DNA of 64,000 nt, from positions 1 to 64,000 of the forward strand of contig JAPETS010000028.1 in assembly GCA_026023565.1 (NCBI GenBank), given 5' to 3'. This DNA is from Cirrosporium novae-zelandiae (lineage: Eukaryota). A model generated the notes under the pieces. That model was not told where the DNA came from. It saw only the letters and a program-made list of their open reading frames with translations, and ran no database searches. The first letter of the stretch is position 1. Each line of letters starts with the position of its first letter. The position numbers were made by a program, and so were the translations under genes. This document shows, piece by piece, positions 12,423 to 24,658 of the stretch.

Positions 12423-13674
12423 CTAATGCATCTGATTGATATATTTCTTCGCTTTCTCGAAGATATAGAAGAAAACAGCATTTTGCACACCCGTTCTAGC
12501 CAAAGACACACCGAGTCCCTTATAAGAAGACTTTGCACCGATTCGAGCAACTTCTGCCGCCTTCGTCTTGCCCAAGAGCTTCGATTGAGTGCGAGTCTTG
12601 GTCGTATCCAGCGCATAAGTGACCGACCAGGAAATCATGCCAGAAAGACAACCGGCAATGGACACAGGTACACCTTCGACAGCAGATTTCATTTCCCAGA
12701 AGGCGGTGAGGCCGTGCTTAGCACTTTCATATACGCCAAAGTAAATGGCGGTGCCAATGGTGTCACGAACTATTCCGTTAGATAGTGTCTGAAACTATAA
12801 TATGGGGAAAACTTACCCAAATGTAAGCGTAAGCCAGAGTAGAGACCACCATATCCATGTTGGCGTACAATCTCCTTTAAGGTTGCAGAAGTAGCCATAC
12901 GGGGCGGTGGTTTCCCGTTGAGATGTCTGTTCTCAACAGCAGTACCCTTCACGTGTCTTTCTACAAGAGTCGATGTCATCGAGACATTTCTTGCAAGTTC
13001 GAATGGGCCTAGATAATCCATATATTAATATATGCAGCAATGATATTAGAGCTGGTGGCACTTACAAGCAACAAATGCGGACATGAACCCAGAAACCGCG
13101 CCAGCGGCCGCAAATGTAGTAAATGTTGTAGCATTAGGCCAAGTACCAGGAGTATTAACGACCGTTAGTGGAGATTGACCAGTAACTCTCTCGACTGTGT
13201 CGGAGAGGGAATATTTTGCTTCTTGGTAGATCGTCATGCTGATAAGGCGCACAGTTCCAATAGAAATCAAGGGCGGTATCACACCTAGGCATTAAGAAAC
13301 CTCAGTAAATGAAGAGACAACTGCTAGTGGTACAGACCAGCCCAGAAACCCCTAATTCCTTCATGTTTATAAATGAACGAAGCGCAAGCCGTAGCATTGC
13401 GAAACTCGGCACTGAGCTTAGTTAACTTTGGATAGCCTGCCATAGAGCCAATGCTACCAACCTCTGCATGCGAACTTTAATGTTTTCGAGAGGAGACTAA
13501 GAAATATGAGTTTCGCTGAAGAAAAGACCAGCTAATTCAAGGCTTTGGGTGGGTGATTCATACAGTAGTAAGTGTTGCTCCGGTCGCTGCTAACAAAGAA
13601 GCATACTGAGTGCGAAACTTCTTAGCATTCTCACTAGCTTTGGAGCCTTGAGGAGATGTCTCTAGCGAAGCCAT
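12423..13674 (-). CDS. Mitochondrial carrier family (SLC25) protein, carnitine/ornithine/YMC-like; 6 exons: 13674-13564, 13496-13462, 13411-13338, 13284-13066, 13008-12817, 12769-12423
   Basis: Carrier signatures PLENIKVRMQ, EGIRGFWAG, CPFELAR, GLYSG, RDTIGTAIYFGVYE, YALDTTKTR. An alternative in-frame upstream ATG lies at 13803. Confidence 0.85.
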
Positions 13675-14589
13675 ATGAAGGAGTCGAGGTGGCAGAAGAG
13701 CCGGATTCAAATCACCATTTCGAGAACTATGAGTGTGCGAGGAGGAATGGTTGTTTGGGTGTGTGTGGAGTTTCAGCGTGTCTGGATCGAGTTCACTTGA
13801 CATGGCTCTAGAAATAAGACCTGGCCTGAAACATTGAATAGCCGGGGAATATAATCTTTTAGCAATCCTAACGTAAGTCACAAAATCACAGAGGATTCAA
13901 AATTCGCAGTCAATCACTGTCCCTTAGCGATATTTCGCGCACGCCTCAATCTCCAGGGGCCGTCCATGGGGCTTCCTCTTGAGTATGTCCACCTCTTTTA
14001 TCCTCCTCCTAAATTCTGAGCTCTTGAACGTTCGTGTTATTGTTCTCTGATCTCTAGGCCGTTTGGACTTGGAAGCCTCCGGACGTCCCCCAGCTGGTGG
14101 AAAGGACGCGTTCCGGCCTATACAGGCCTGTGGAGAAAATATACGCTCTGAAATTGCCAGAAAGATGGGTTCATATGGTAGAACACAACAATTAGGTGGC
14201 GGGTTGTGACAGAATGTGACAGAATATGACAGATGGGGAGTTTAGAATAGAGAATTGGAGAGCTTGGGAGGTGGGGGAAATTCAATCTCAATGATGTAAA
14301 AGCCATAAACTTAGCATGCTACACCAAGAGGAGAGGGGAATCCAGTTTGGGTATAGCGGATTATTACGTAACAGGGATTCACAAGCCGCCTCGGCCTCAA
14401 AGGGCAATAATCAACTAGAAAGTACCTGCATGTCCCTGTTTTTTATTGGTTTTCCTAGAGGTGACTAATTGATTATCTAACTCTGGGATATCATGAATAA
14501 TAATTATGAACATCATCATCTTCATTGCCCTCGTGCAAGATTCTCTTCGAGACTTTAAGCTTCCCTAATTGAGAATATTTGGTCGCCAG

Positions 14590-14900
14590 CTAGAGCTGCA
14601 GTACAGTACAATTATAGGTTGCAAAATGGAGCTGTGGTCGGCCATCCCAAAATAGCTAAGTCATTCCTTGTTCCATTTGAAGCGGACTTGGATATCATGG
14701 TTTTGACTGATGAGGTATAAAATATTAGCAGAATATCTCAAGAGGAAGTCAAGGAGAGTCGTTACCTTCTCCTTTAAGCCACGTACTCCCAGCTTTAATC
14801 ACGCTCTGATTAGATAAGGCCAGGTAACATACACGCTAGGCCATAGTGAATATCAACTTACTGAGGGTTGGTGAGAGTTAGTAGATGGGTGAAAAATGGA
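14590..14900 (-). pseudogene. Relic of a TauD/TfdA 2-oxoglutarate-dependent (sulfonate) dioxygenase C-terminus
   Basis: The minus strand reads LLDFL..LISQNHDIQVRFKWNK/NDLAI/WDGRPQLHFATYN with two +1 frameshifts. This matches the remembered family motif NHDLQVRFxW..ND.AIWDNR..H.AT. An HP..TNP trace lies upstream. Confidence 0.65.
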
Positions 14901-15381
14901 GGTAGTAGCTTTGGCGGTTTAGGAGAATACTAAAAAAACACAGGCTTTCCGATGGTGAGCTTCAGATTTCAGTATTAGAATCTGTCGTCCATCTTTCGAG
15001 GAATCCCTTATTAGAATGCTAAGGACCAATTACTCATTTCCTGTTGCTTAGCATTGCAAGATCCCATAAGTGTCCTGACTACTGAAAATCATATTGATCA
15101 CAAGTGTTCAGATTAACGAAAACTCGAGGAATCATGGTGCTTCCGGGTCTTTGGTGATATAACATTAATAACCCAAAGGAGTCAGAGATTTCAAAGGCAT
15201 GTCAAAGGTAAGAGTTTCAATGGAAGCTAAGGAGCTATCCTCTCGATTAGATATCTATTATAGTTTTTCTGGCTAGAGTTAATAACGTTTTTACTGGTAT
15301 ATCATTTCTAGCCATCTAATTCTATTACTTACAGAATCAGTGTTAACAGAAGTGGTGAGCTCCATTGAGCATTCGCTAACG

Positions 15382-16340
15382 TCATACACATGTATCAACA
15401 AGGGTTTTATCATCTTTAGGAAAGGAGTATAGTATATCAATAAGTCGAGGGAGAATATCTGTAGGTTGATAACCCTCCGATCTGGTCTAACTAGAGGTTC
15501 GTGGAAGGAAGATAATACTTATTATCGAATTGACCACACAATCTACGATCGCATAAATGTTGAGCTCCTGAATTCTAGTTAGTTATATAGGAACGATTGC
15601 ATATTACGAACTTAAGATTTCCCAACCATTCCGAAAACATAGGCTTGAATAGCTGAAGATGGTAGTTTAGAAAATACTACAAGTAATTCACTTGCAACTC
15701 GCATCGAGAACTAAATAGGCATCTCTTGCTCCATTGATATTAAAGAGAGGAGAGTGATAACGTATTGATGTCTTAGCCTTGGATAATTTCGAACGTGCCA
15801 GATTGATCATATATCCAGAACAGATTGACGAGATTTAAGAATGCTAGCAATACCCTTGAGTCGTCATCATCGTCCAAGGTTTGAGCATAGTCTATATGCT
15901 TAGTTTAAGCACTACAGGTAGCTTATGAAGCACGCATCCTCCCTCTTCTGCCACAAATAGAAGTTTAAAAAAAATGCGATTTCGAAGTCGTTGCTCTTCG
16001 ATGCTGTGTCTGACATGTCTAAAATCTGAGTGTAAGCCTATCGTCTGTGAATAACTATTAGGGTAGTAATATTTACCTACTTTCTATAATTGATATGTTA
16101 GCGAGCACGCCTGACACTTAGCCTCGATCATTTCTGCTGTGACTGTCTTCCCAACTGCTGTATTGTTCAACTTGAGCTGTGTCATTGTGGCAGTTACTAT
16201 AGCTAAAGCTATGATATAGATTTCGACGTTAGTATCATCCTGTCGAAGGGAGCCGATTTTCTCTTTTCAACATCAACGACTGGCCGGGTAGAAAACATTC
16301 TGACATGATAGGTGGATAGCTGGAGAATGAGAACCGATAC
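15382..16340 (-). pseudogene. Decayed fungal Zn2Cys6 transcription factor (MalR/AmyR/Suc1-like regulatory region)
   Basis: Colinear fragments YHVRMFSTRPVVDVE; YIIALAIVTATMTQL; GLH..EEQRLRNRIFFKLLFVAE..CVLHKLPVVL; VLLAFLNLVNLF..DQSG; VASELL..SKLPSSAIQAYVFGM-intron-ELNIYAI; PTDILPRL. These are broken by stops, frameshifts and deletions. Confidence 0.7.
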
Positions 16341-17875
16341 TAGGATGCATAATCTACATCAATCGGTTGATTTTATCGCTCACTTGGGCACTCCGGAGAA
16401 GGATGAGGTTATTCGATTCCTGCCCTTTAGCAAACATCGTCGTCCTGGCTTATTCAATTTGCTTGAAGAAGGGGAAGAGATTTTGGGGAGAGAGTGGGAT
16501 TTTCAGATGGGTAACAACGTACAAGGAAAATGGCACTTTGGGGCCCTTCAACATACACATAGTACGAGTAGTGAGTACATGGTCGATTGCACCATTGCCA
16601 TGATACAATTGCAATTGGAACTTTTGTAAAGGGTGTTAATTAGCCTTTCATCGCAACCATTCACCATTCAGAGATAATTTTATAAATAAAATGAAAACAT
16701 GCCGAATTAACCGAGTGAATTTGTACTGAGTGTTGAATATCTAATAATTGAGTAAGTTAACAGTTTGGATTATTGAAGTAGAGATGAGATGCGTGCTAGA
16801 GATTAAGGATCTTGGCACAAATCAAGGAGACGTACAGCACATTATTAACCATGAACTACTTCACCTATACTCAGCGCTTATATGTTTCGATGAAAAAACA
16901 ACAACGAACATGTTTGTGTGACCCTGCTTTGACATATAGTCTATATAATGCATGAGGGTTTGATAGATTTCATCCTAGTTAAACGTGCTCAATTATTTCC
17001 CTCACAATTCCTAAGATCATGCCTTTTCTAAAATATCTCCGATCTCAACTGATAGATATAAATTGTGACTTGATACATGTCTATTATTCACTTTTAATAA
17101 TATCATCCGCCTGGGTTACTTCATATCAGAGTGTCGTGGTCAAACAGAAACAATGCCATGTTGTATCGAAGATTGAGCAGCTCTAGGTTGTATGTTTCTG
17201 CAATTGGATTAGTATCTCCTTCAGTATTAGGACGTTAGAACGAGCTAGCTAACTCTCCTTCGTAGGGCGGCTGGCTGACGTTGTTACCTCCCTTTCCGCT
17301 AGATTGATCTTTACTGAAGGCGATTATCATCTAAGTTCGGCGGCCAGTGGATGGTGGTCGGTGCCCTAATGGAGCCAAAAACACGCAACAGTAATGGGGC
17401 TAACATGGATCCTTCTGTAGAGGAAACAGTAATTATTTCTCTTTTTAGACGAATTGCGTGGATGTTTGGGTATATCTATGGATTGGTTGTGGCTGGAGAG
17501 GAAACATGTTCGGATCCGCCTTACCTAAAGTGGAAATAAATACACTTCCAACCCATCGCACGCAATTGACTATGCGATCGCATCATCAAGCTGTCCAAGC
17601 TATTCTTCTTGGAAAGTCCATGATTGAGAAGATTTGTTGATAGTCCTGTTAATTTCTTCAATTTTTTTTCGGGGTCGTTACCTTACCTGATAGAACCACG
17701 TCATATAGAATGGATCTAATCTACCTAGACATTTCCTCATGTTGCACAGCAGGAGATTTATGAAGCCAATCGTATGGAACTTCAATATTACACTTTCGTT
17801 ATTGCTTGTATAAAATCCCCCCGGCTTCACTGGCTTTAGGCTCTTAATTTCTTTGGGCAAGGTCTTCCATTCATC

Positions 17876-20084
17876 ATGTTTCTTCTCATGCTAGAAGCTC
17901 TACAGCTTCTGTTCACCATCTTCCCCTTCTCAGCTGTTGCTGTTTCAAAACCCAACATACTGTTTCTGTTTACTGATGATCAGGACCTGGAGCTTGGATC
18001 ACTGGATTTCCTCAACAATGTCACTGCGCGCATTCAAGGACAAGGTACGTTAGAAAAAACCGAACGCTGTCTTGAGTGGAAGTTAAGGTCTTTAGATAAA
18101 GTCCACCTATATTTGACGTGGTGGTTTACTTCTATGCCGCATTAGCTAATATCCAGACGCCTAGGCTTTTCATTCAGCAATCATTATGCCACCGTTGCGC
18201 TGTGCTGCCCATCTCGTGTTGCTCTCTTGCGTGGTCAACAAGCTCATAATACCAACAACACCCAGGTCTCAGCCCCCGGGTAAGTTCTCCTGACTATAAA
18301 TCACTTCTATCGGAGCTATACTAATAATGACCTCAAGGGGCGGCTACGATAAATGGGTACTGAGCGGCGAAGATCGAAATTACCTGCCTCATTGGCTCAA
18401 AGGGTATCATACTGAATATATTGGGAAACTCATGAATCAGTATGGCACGTATAACTATGAGGATAGGCCGAAGGGTTGGGATCATTTTGATGGGCTTCTT
18501 GATCCGTATACCTACATATACAACACTCCAGTCTTTTCTACCAACGGCGAACGGCCTGTATATTACCCTTACTACCACCAAACCGATGTTCTCCGTGCCA
18601 AGGCTGTTGACCGTCTGGAGAAGCTCCTTTCTAATTCAAGCGGCCAGCCGTGGTTCCTCGAAGTTGCTACTGTCGCGCCTCACCAACAGTTCAACTCCAC
18701 CGGAAAATGGCCACCTGTTCCCGCCATTCGACACGAAAATTTATTTCCCGGCTTGAAAGCACCACGAAGTCCCAATTTCAACCCACTTATCCAGAAGAAG
18801 CCATCTTGGGTGGGTGAGCTTCCGTACATGAATGAAGCGGCCATTGCATTCAGCGATTTAACATATAGGCGAAGAGCGCAAGCACTTCAAGGGATCGAAG
18901 AATTGATAGCAGATTTGCTTGATAGACTTGAGAATGCAGGACAGCTGGAGAATACGGTTATCGTCTTCACGGCTGATCATGGATACCATATCGGCAATCA
19001 CAGAGTCCCTGCTGGCAAAACCTTACCATACAGAGAAGATACTCACGTTCCCCTTTTCATCCGTGGACCTGGAATCCCTAAAGGTATGTGCCTAACTACA
19101 TTATAGCCTCTCAAACTATCATGCGTCAAACATTGCATATATCTTACATATCTCTAGGGGAATCAACCAAGCTCCCATCCAGCCATGTGGACATCGCACC
19201 CACCCTACTGACACTCGCCGGTGTTGATGAGAGCGAGTGGCCTGAATTCTTCGACGGCCGCAGCCTGACCTCATACTTCAGTGGAAATGTCTCGAGTAAT
19301 GGGACAGTATGTTCGAATATCACGTACAAGCCTGAAACTATCAACATCGAGTACTGGGGCTCCAGTATCACCGAAGCTTCGGGCATAAACTACACGATCA
19401 CTGATAGCCGAAATACTTACAAGACGTTAAGGATTGTGGGCGAGGATTATGGCTATTTGTATAGTCACTGGTGCACGAATGAAACGGAATTGTATGACAC
19501 AATTGTAAGTCTAGCCAGTGCTTTTTAGTTCAGGTCCTAGTTGCATTTTTCGTCTCAATTGCACAGGAGAGGGAGCTTGGTCTAATTAATCATTATAGAC
19601 TGACCCTTATGAACTCAACCCCCTAAACCTGAGCACCCACGCGGCCATTGCCAACCGCATGAACGGCATTCTTCTCGTTACCAAATCTTGCGAACAGAAT
19701 TCTTGTCGCGATCCCTGGGCAACCCTTCACCACAACGGTACAGTCCACAATCTAGCGCAGGCCTTAGACACAAAGTATGATTCATTTTATGCCTCCCTCC
19801 CTCGCGTTCAAATAAAAGAATGCCTCTCATACCAACTTCCATCAAACGAAGCTCCATACTTCCCCGAGTTTGTAGAAGGTACTAGCCTGGGTGAGGAATA
19901 TCGTAACAGCACTGATGGGTTTTCGGAAAGTGCTTCTGGAGACGTCATAATAGAAGACGGGCATTGGGGGGCCAATTATACTGATATTGCGACGATGGAG
20001 AAAACAGCTAGGATTTTGACAGACGAAGAACTGGGAATCAACCGTACGATATTCTCGGATAGGATTGTCAGGTACTTGGATTAA
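17876..20084 (+). CDS. Secreted arylsulfatase (N-acetylglucosamine-6-sulfatase-like family), 5 exons: 17876-18044, 18165-18279, 18338-19083, 19158-19504, 19599-20084
   Basis: Signal peptide, KPNILFLFTDDQD, formylglycine motif CCPSRVALLRGQ, YIGKLMN, FTADHGYH, GKTLPYREDTHVP, HVDIAPT, ELYD..DPYEL. Confidence 0.93.
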
Positions 20085-21508
20085 TCGGAAATGTACGAGC
20101 GAGTAGAAAAATGGTTCAAAACTGCTATTACTGCGACTCGTCTCCAAAGCCTTTGAAAAAATTGGCGCTGGAAAAACAGTACATTTTCACCGCTCTGAAA
20201 TTCGTGCACAGTTGGGCATTATTGAAAACATGGAAATCGGGATGATGCGCTAGCTGTGGCTGAACGATGGTAGCACAATCATCAGTAAGCACTAATTATT
20301 AGGAATAACGAGCATCGAGCTTTAGCATACACAAAAATAAAAGAAACAAATAAAAGACCCAACTTTTAAAATCTTGGTTACTCTTTCCTCGTGCACTATC
20401 TCCACAAATACGTCAGGTGATTATATATAACTTTGCTATCCAAAATGCCTGAAGTTTTTAAAACTCGATTTTGTAGATTATCTTCCGTGTAATGTCAATT
20501 TTATAGATCAATGATAGGTTAGTACTAGAGTTCACACAGCAAAATAGCGATATTAAATAGGTTTAGTCACGTTAATCATTCGTTATTCTTGCTGGGTATG
20601 GACAACGGGCCTTGCCCCCATTATCTCCTGAAGACTGATGTCTCGGTAGAATGATCTGAGATCGGCGCAAGGATAGATATTCTGCGTAAGACTTTGGAAG
20701 AGACTTCTCTACTTGGGTATCAATTTTGTTCATAGAAGCTAGCCCACCATCTTTGACATGCTAGCAGAGAAGCACCAGCTAGTTCTAATACGTTTTCCCT
20801 TCTCTCGCCAATTGCTTAACCACGTTCAGGGGCTTTTGAGCAGGCGACCAAGGAACCTAGACAATAGCTTCTATATATCCCACTGCTTTCCACTTATTCC
20901 TAACATACGACCCTCCCTTGAGCACTTATAGAGACCTTGGGTAAGTTTCATGTGCACCAGAAGTAATTATTATCAATGCTTTAAGCTTATCGACAACGAG
21001 CAGCATACGGAAGTAAATTTGACATCAAGCCCCTATGTCTTTTGATACCCCGGCCACATCTACCATCCACTGATCACCTGGCTCCCGGATATCAATCTGA
21101 AAAGATAAATCTAATGGGGCGATGTTCTAGGATAAAGTATTAGAAATGTTTAAGCAGATCTTGAGGGGGTTGGGCCTATCCCCTTTATCAGTTAATCGTC
21201 ATGAATATAACCGGTGGACCTGGAAATATCTCAGATCGCAAACAGATACATCGACGGAGAGTTGGATGTCAATATTTGAGGGGTTTCATGTTTAAGCTAC
21301 GGCAGATAATTACAATACAACAGAGCGGGCCCTTTTTAATATATTGTGCGGTGTTTGTACGCTCGTAACCATTGCATTGGCTCTACTGACAAGAGAAAGT
21401 AGGTATGCATCTAGAATAGACCTACCTAGATGGACGATTTGAGGAATCGATGTAGGAGATAGCTGGGAAGCCAGAGAAAAATGAACCCTAGCATCTTCAA
21501 ATTTGAGA

Positions 21509-22663
21509 TTAAACACCGTCACCGAGCTCGTAATGTTTTGCCCATCGCTATATTTGAGGAATGATCAGAAGTAGTTCCACATAAAATTTAAGAATTTAAC
21601 TTACCGTATCCCAAGGACGTGACGAATCAACAAATCGCAGGTCCGTGGCAAGACGGATGATATTGTTCTGGTCGTGGTTTAAAGTTGACGCATGGATCTG
21701 CATTCTGCTATCAGAATATTGGATTTCAATATGGGCATAATACGGACAGCGAATGGACTGTGCAATACTACATCACCAGCTTCATACGTAGATGCTAGCC
21801 AACGTCGGTTATGCTGGATTCCAAAACCAGCGGGACCATCAGCAAGAAAACCAGTTGACATCATATTTTGGTTGAAACCGTTTTTTGCTTCTTCTTCAGT
21901 TAACCCACAGGCCTTCGCTTTAGCTGTAAATGCATCCTCAATTTCCTGGCCGAGGTTATGACCTTCAGAGGGTGAGCGTCAACGTTGTAAGAAGATGTAT
22001 ATGAGCAGCCTCACCATTTTCTAAATAAATAAGTCCACCTCCGTTAATTCTCACATCTCCAATAGGCACCCATGCCGTTACACTCGTAGGTTCTCCATGG
22101 CGGAGGAAAATCTGGTCATAATGGACCCCAATCGCTTTAGTTCCGGGGACGTTGTTTCTCAGAAGGGTCCTTTGAATGCCCAGAGTATTTAAGCCCCACC
22201 CTGTAAGCTTCGCTATGAAATTGGACAAAGCTGGATGCTTGCAGAAGTCCTCAGCATACCAGTCTTGCGTGTGGGCCTTCAGAGCTAGATCCACAAATGT
22301 GGCTGCATGCTCTCCGGGATGTCCATTCATCCCGACTGCACCAGCTCCAATGCCTGGAAACTTTCCCTTATCCTTAGCTGAGTCAAATATGCCATCCACT
22401 GGTTCAGTTCCAGGCTTTAAAACGCCAGTAGGAGAAATAAATTTGAAATATTCTTGGCGGGCTTTTAGAACGGCATCACGTGGAAGTAGACCTTTCACAA
22501 ATAGATAGCCGTCCTGCTGGAGGCGTCTTCTTAGTTCATCGAGAGGGAGATCTGGGCTAGATGGTTTGAGATATCCGATTTGTGACGGTTGCAATGGACC
22601 GTCATTGACGAAAAGTTTAACGCTGGAGTCGACAGTTTCTTCGCGTTCTGCAGCATAAGGCAT
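21509..22663 (-). CDS. Phytanoyl-CoA dioxygenase (PhyH) family Fe(II)/2OG oxygenase, 4 exons: 22663-22015, 21962-21748, 21697-21605, 21547-21509
   Basis: DGYLFVKGLL, HxD (VHYDQIFLR), TAWVPIGD..GGLIYL, GDVVLH..IHAS..N...IRLATDLRF. Confidence 0.9.
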
Positions 22664-23466
22664 GTTTAAAAGAGTAGTATGTAACAGGTGCCAGCTTATG
22701 ATGAGCGCTGTTGGGGATTATCAAATGGGAGGATTGTTAATGTCCTTAAATACATTTCTTCGTCTTTCTAGATGGACTATAGGCATAATCGTTGCTAAGT
22801 GTTGGAATCATCATAGTGATCTGAAAAGGAATTTTGCGCCGATGATCTGAAAGGAAAAAATTGACAAATTTGGATGGATAGAAAGGCAGAAAGATGGAAA
22901 GGGTATCTACTGTATGTAGTATTACCGGACTCAATCCGAGTTATGTGAGGAGACGATAGACTATCGCGTCGAGTTGCAATTGCGGGGCACTCGGGATTTC
23001 ACTAAAGAAGACCAAACGAAGACATATATCCCGCTGTTGTCAGAATACACACAATAGACTACCGTGACTATCCATCCACCCATCCATCCACGATCAGCAA
23101 CCACAGGCCTTTTTGTACGGAAGTAATCGTTTGACAATGACTGTCCAAATGAAACAGCCGAGATTTCGATGCAGAGTAGGTAAGTAGGGCCTCGGGCCTT
23201 GAGAATTAACCATCTTTGATCTTCACATTTTCTTGATTCTACAGCCATCATTATAGAAGGAATGACGAGGATTAGATTAATCATATTCAAGATAAACTTC
23301 AGAGAAACACCTTAACTATGATCCTAGCAATAATGTTTACTCATCATATAATTTGCAGCCGACGGTGGTATTTATAAGCAAATCCTTATTAATCCCCTGA
23401 TGGTAAGCACAACAGAATTATAAATTGCTAGCATTTCCCAGTCACATTGAAACCAATTCACCTACC

Positions 23467-24037
23467 ATGGACAACTCACGCCCTACACGGATTGTTACTT
23501 TCATCAAGCGTCGTTCCGACATCACGGAACAGCAATTCTATGATCACTGGGGAAACATTCATGCCTCTCTCATTGTTCCCTGGGCCTTGAAACATAATTT
23601 TGAATATACTCAAGTATGTATCCAGCCCATTTTGATTTTCTTTGCTTTGGTGTCTTACCTCGGCTGGAATAAATAAATTTAAGAAGAACCATTTCACCTG
23701 ACGTACTATATAGATTCACACCCCAAAGCATATGCGCAACCAATTCAAAGCTACTGTTCCGGCCCCATTCGACGAAGTGTTAGATTATGATGGTGCAGCC
23801 GAGTGGAATATTCCTAGCCTCGAGAAATTAATTGAGGCATTTGGAGATCCGTACTATCGAGATGTCATTGAGCCGGATGAGCATAACTTTCTACATAAAT
23901 CTTCAAAGGAAGCAATCTCCACTACAGCACATGGCATTTGGAAACCCATTGTCTTGGAAGGGAAAGCGTTGGTGAATGCGAAAGAGGAAATGTTACAATA
24001 CCAGAAAATTGAAAATAGGGAATTAGATAAGGAGTAG
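23467..24037 (+). CDS. EthD-domain (dimeric alpha/beta barrel) protein, 2 exons: 23467-23613, 23714-24037
   Basis: RIVTFIKRRSDITEQQFYDHWGNIHA, YTQ-intron-IHTP, DYDGAAE, DPYYRDVIEPDEHNF. Confidence 0.85.
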
Positions 24038-24141
24038 TAGGAAATAGGGTGTTGATAATAGACAAGGATTTGGTAGACCTTTTATAGACCAAGAAGCTCA
24101 CAGTCTACTTTCACCGACGCTACTATGTAGGGAACTTTTGC

Positions 24142-24192
24142 TTTGGTACTTAGTAGAGTACTTGATTTGGTACTTAGTAGAGTACTTGATTT
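24142..24192. repeat. Perfect 24-bp tandem duplication (TTTGGTACTTAGTAGAGTACTTGA x2)
   Basis: Direct read of 24142-24165 and 24166-24189. Confidence 0.9.
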
Positions 24193-24658
24193 AAGGTTTG
24201 ATTTAGGCGTTAAAATGGCTTTCAAATTAAATTCATGAAAAACTGATTGTATTTAAAACCCCGAAAATAAATTATCTGTGTGAATAATTTCCTAATATCG
24301 TGATTGTGACTCAGCCTCGGTCTCTGAAAGCCCTTGTTGGGGCAAAATTATAATAGAACTGCTATGTTGTTGCTTTTCTTATTAATTAGTTTTGGGCACA
24401 GAACGTTTTTGCGAAACATATAACTAGTACTTCTTCCACGACAAATCTATATAACTTCTTCTTCTACAAATCTATATATTTTTTACATCACACGTTTAAT
24501 CCTCGACACGTGAAGATCCGAGTTTAGGACCAGCGTGATTGAGTAGTCCTGCCAGAACCTTACTATAAGAGAAATCTTAGGTACTTAAGCTATAGTACTC
24601 CTCTACATTCTTCACGAACCGCGAACATCTTCTCAACAACTATCGCTCAAACATCGAT

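Noticed and set aside
16312..16629. Plus-strand ORFs of 105 and 78 aa
   Set aside because: Non-ATG starts, antisense to the C6-TF relic, no recognisable homology.
17572..17583. Palindrome ATGCGATCGCAT upstream of the arylsulfatase as a CYS-3/MetR site
   Set aside because: It does not fit the ATGRYRYCAT consensus spacing, and a single 12-bp palindrome is weak evidence.
18335..18337. AAG splice acceptors (sulfatase intron 2 and PhyH intron 1 at 21963-21965)
   Set aside because: AAG is a known minor fungal acceptor and the frames close normally.
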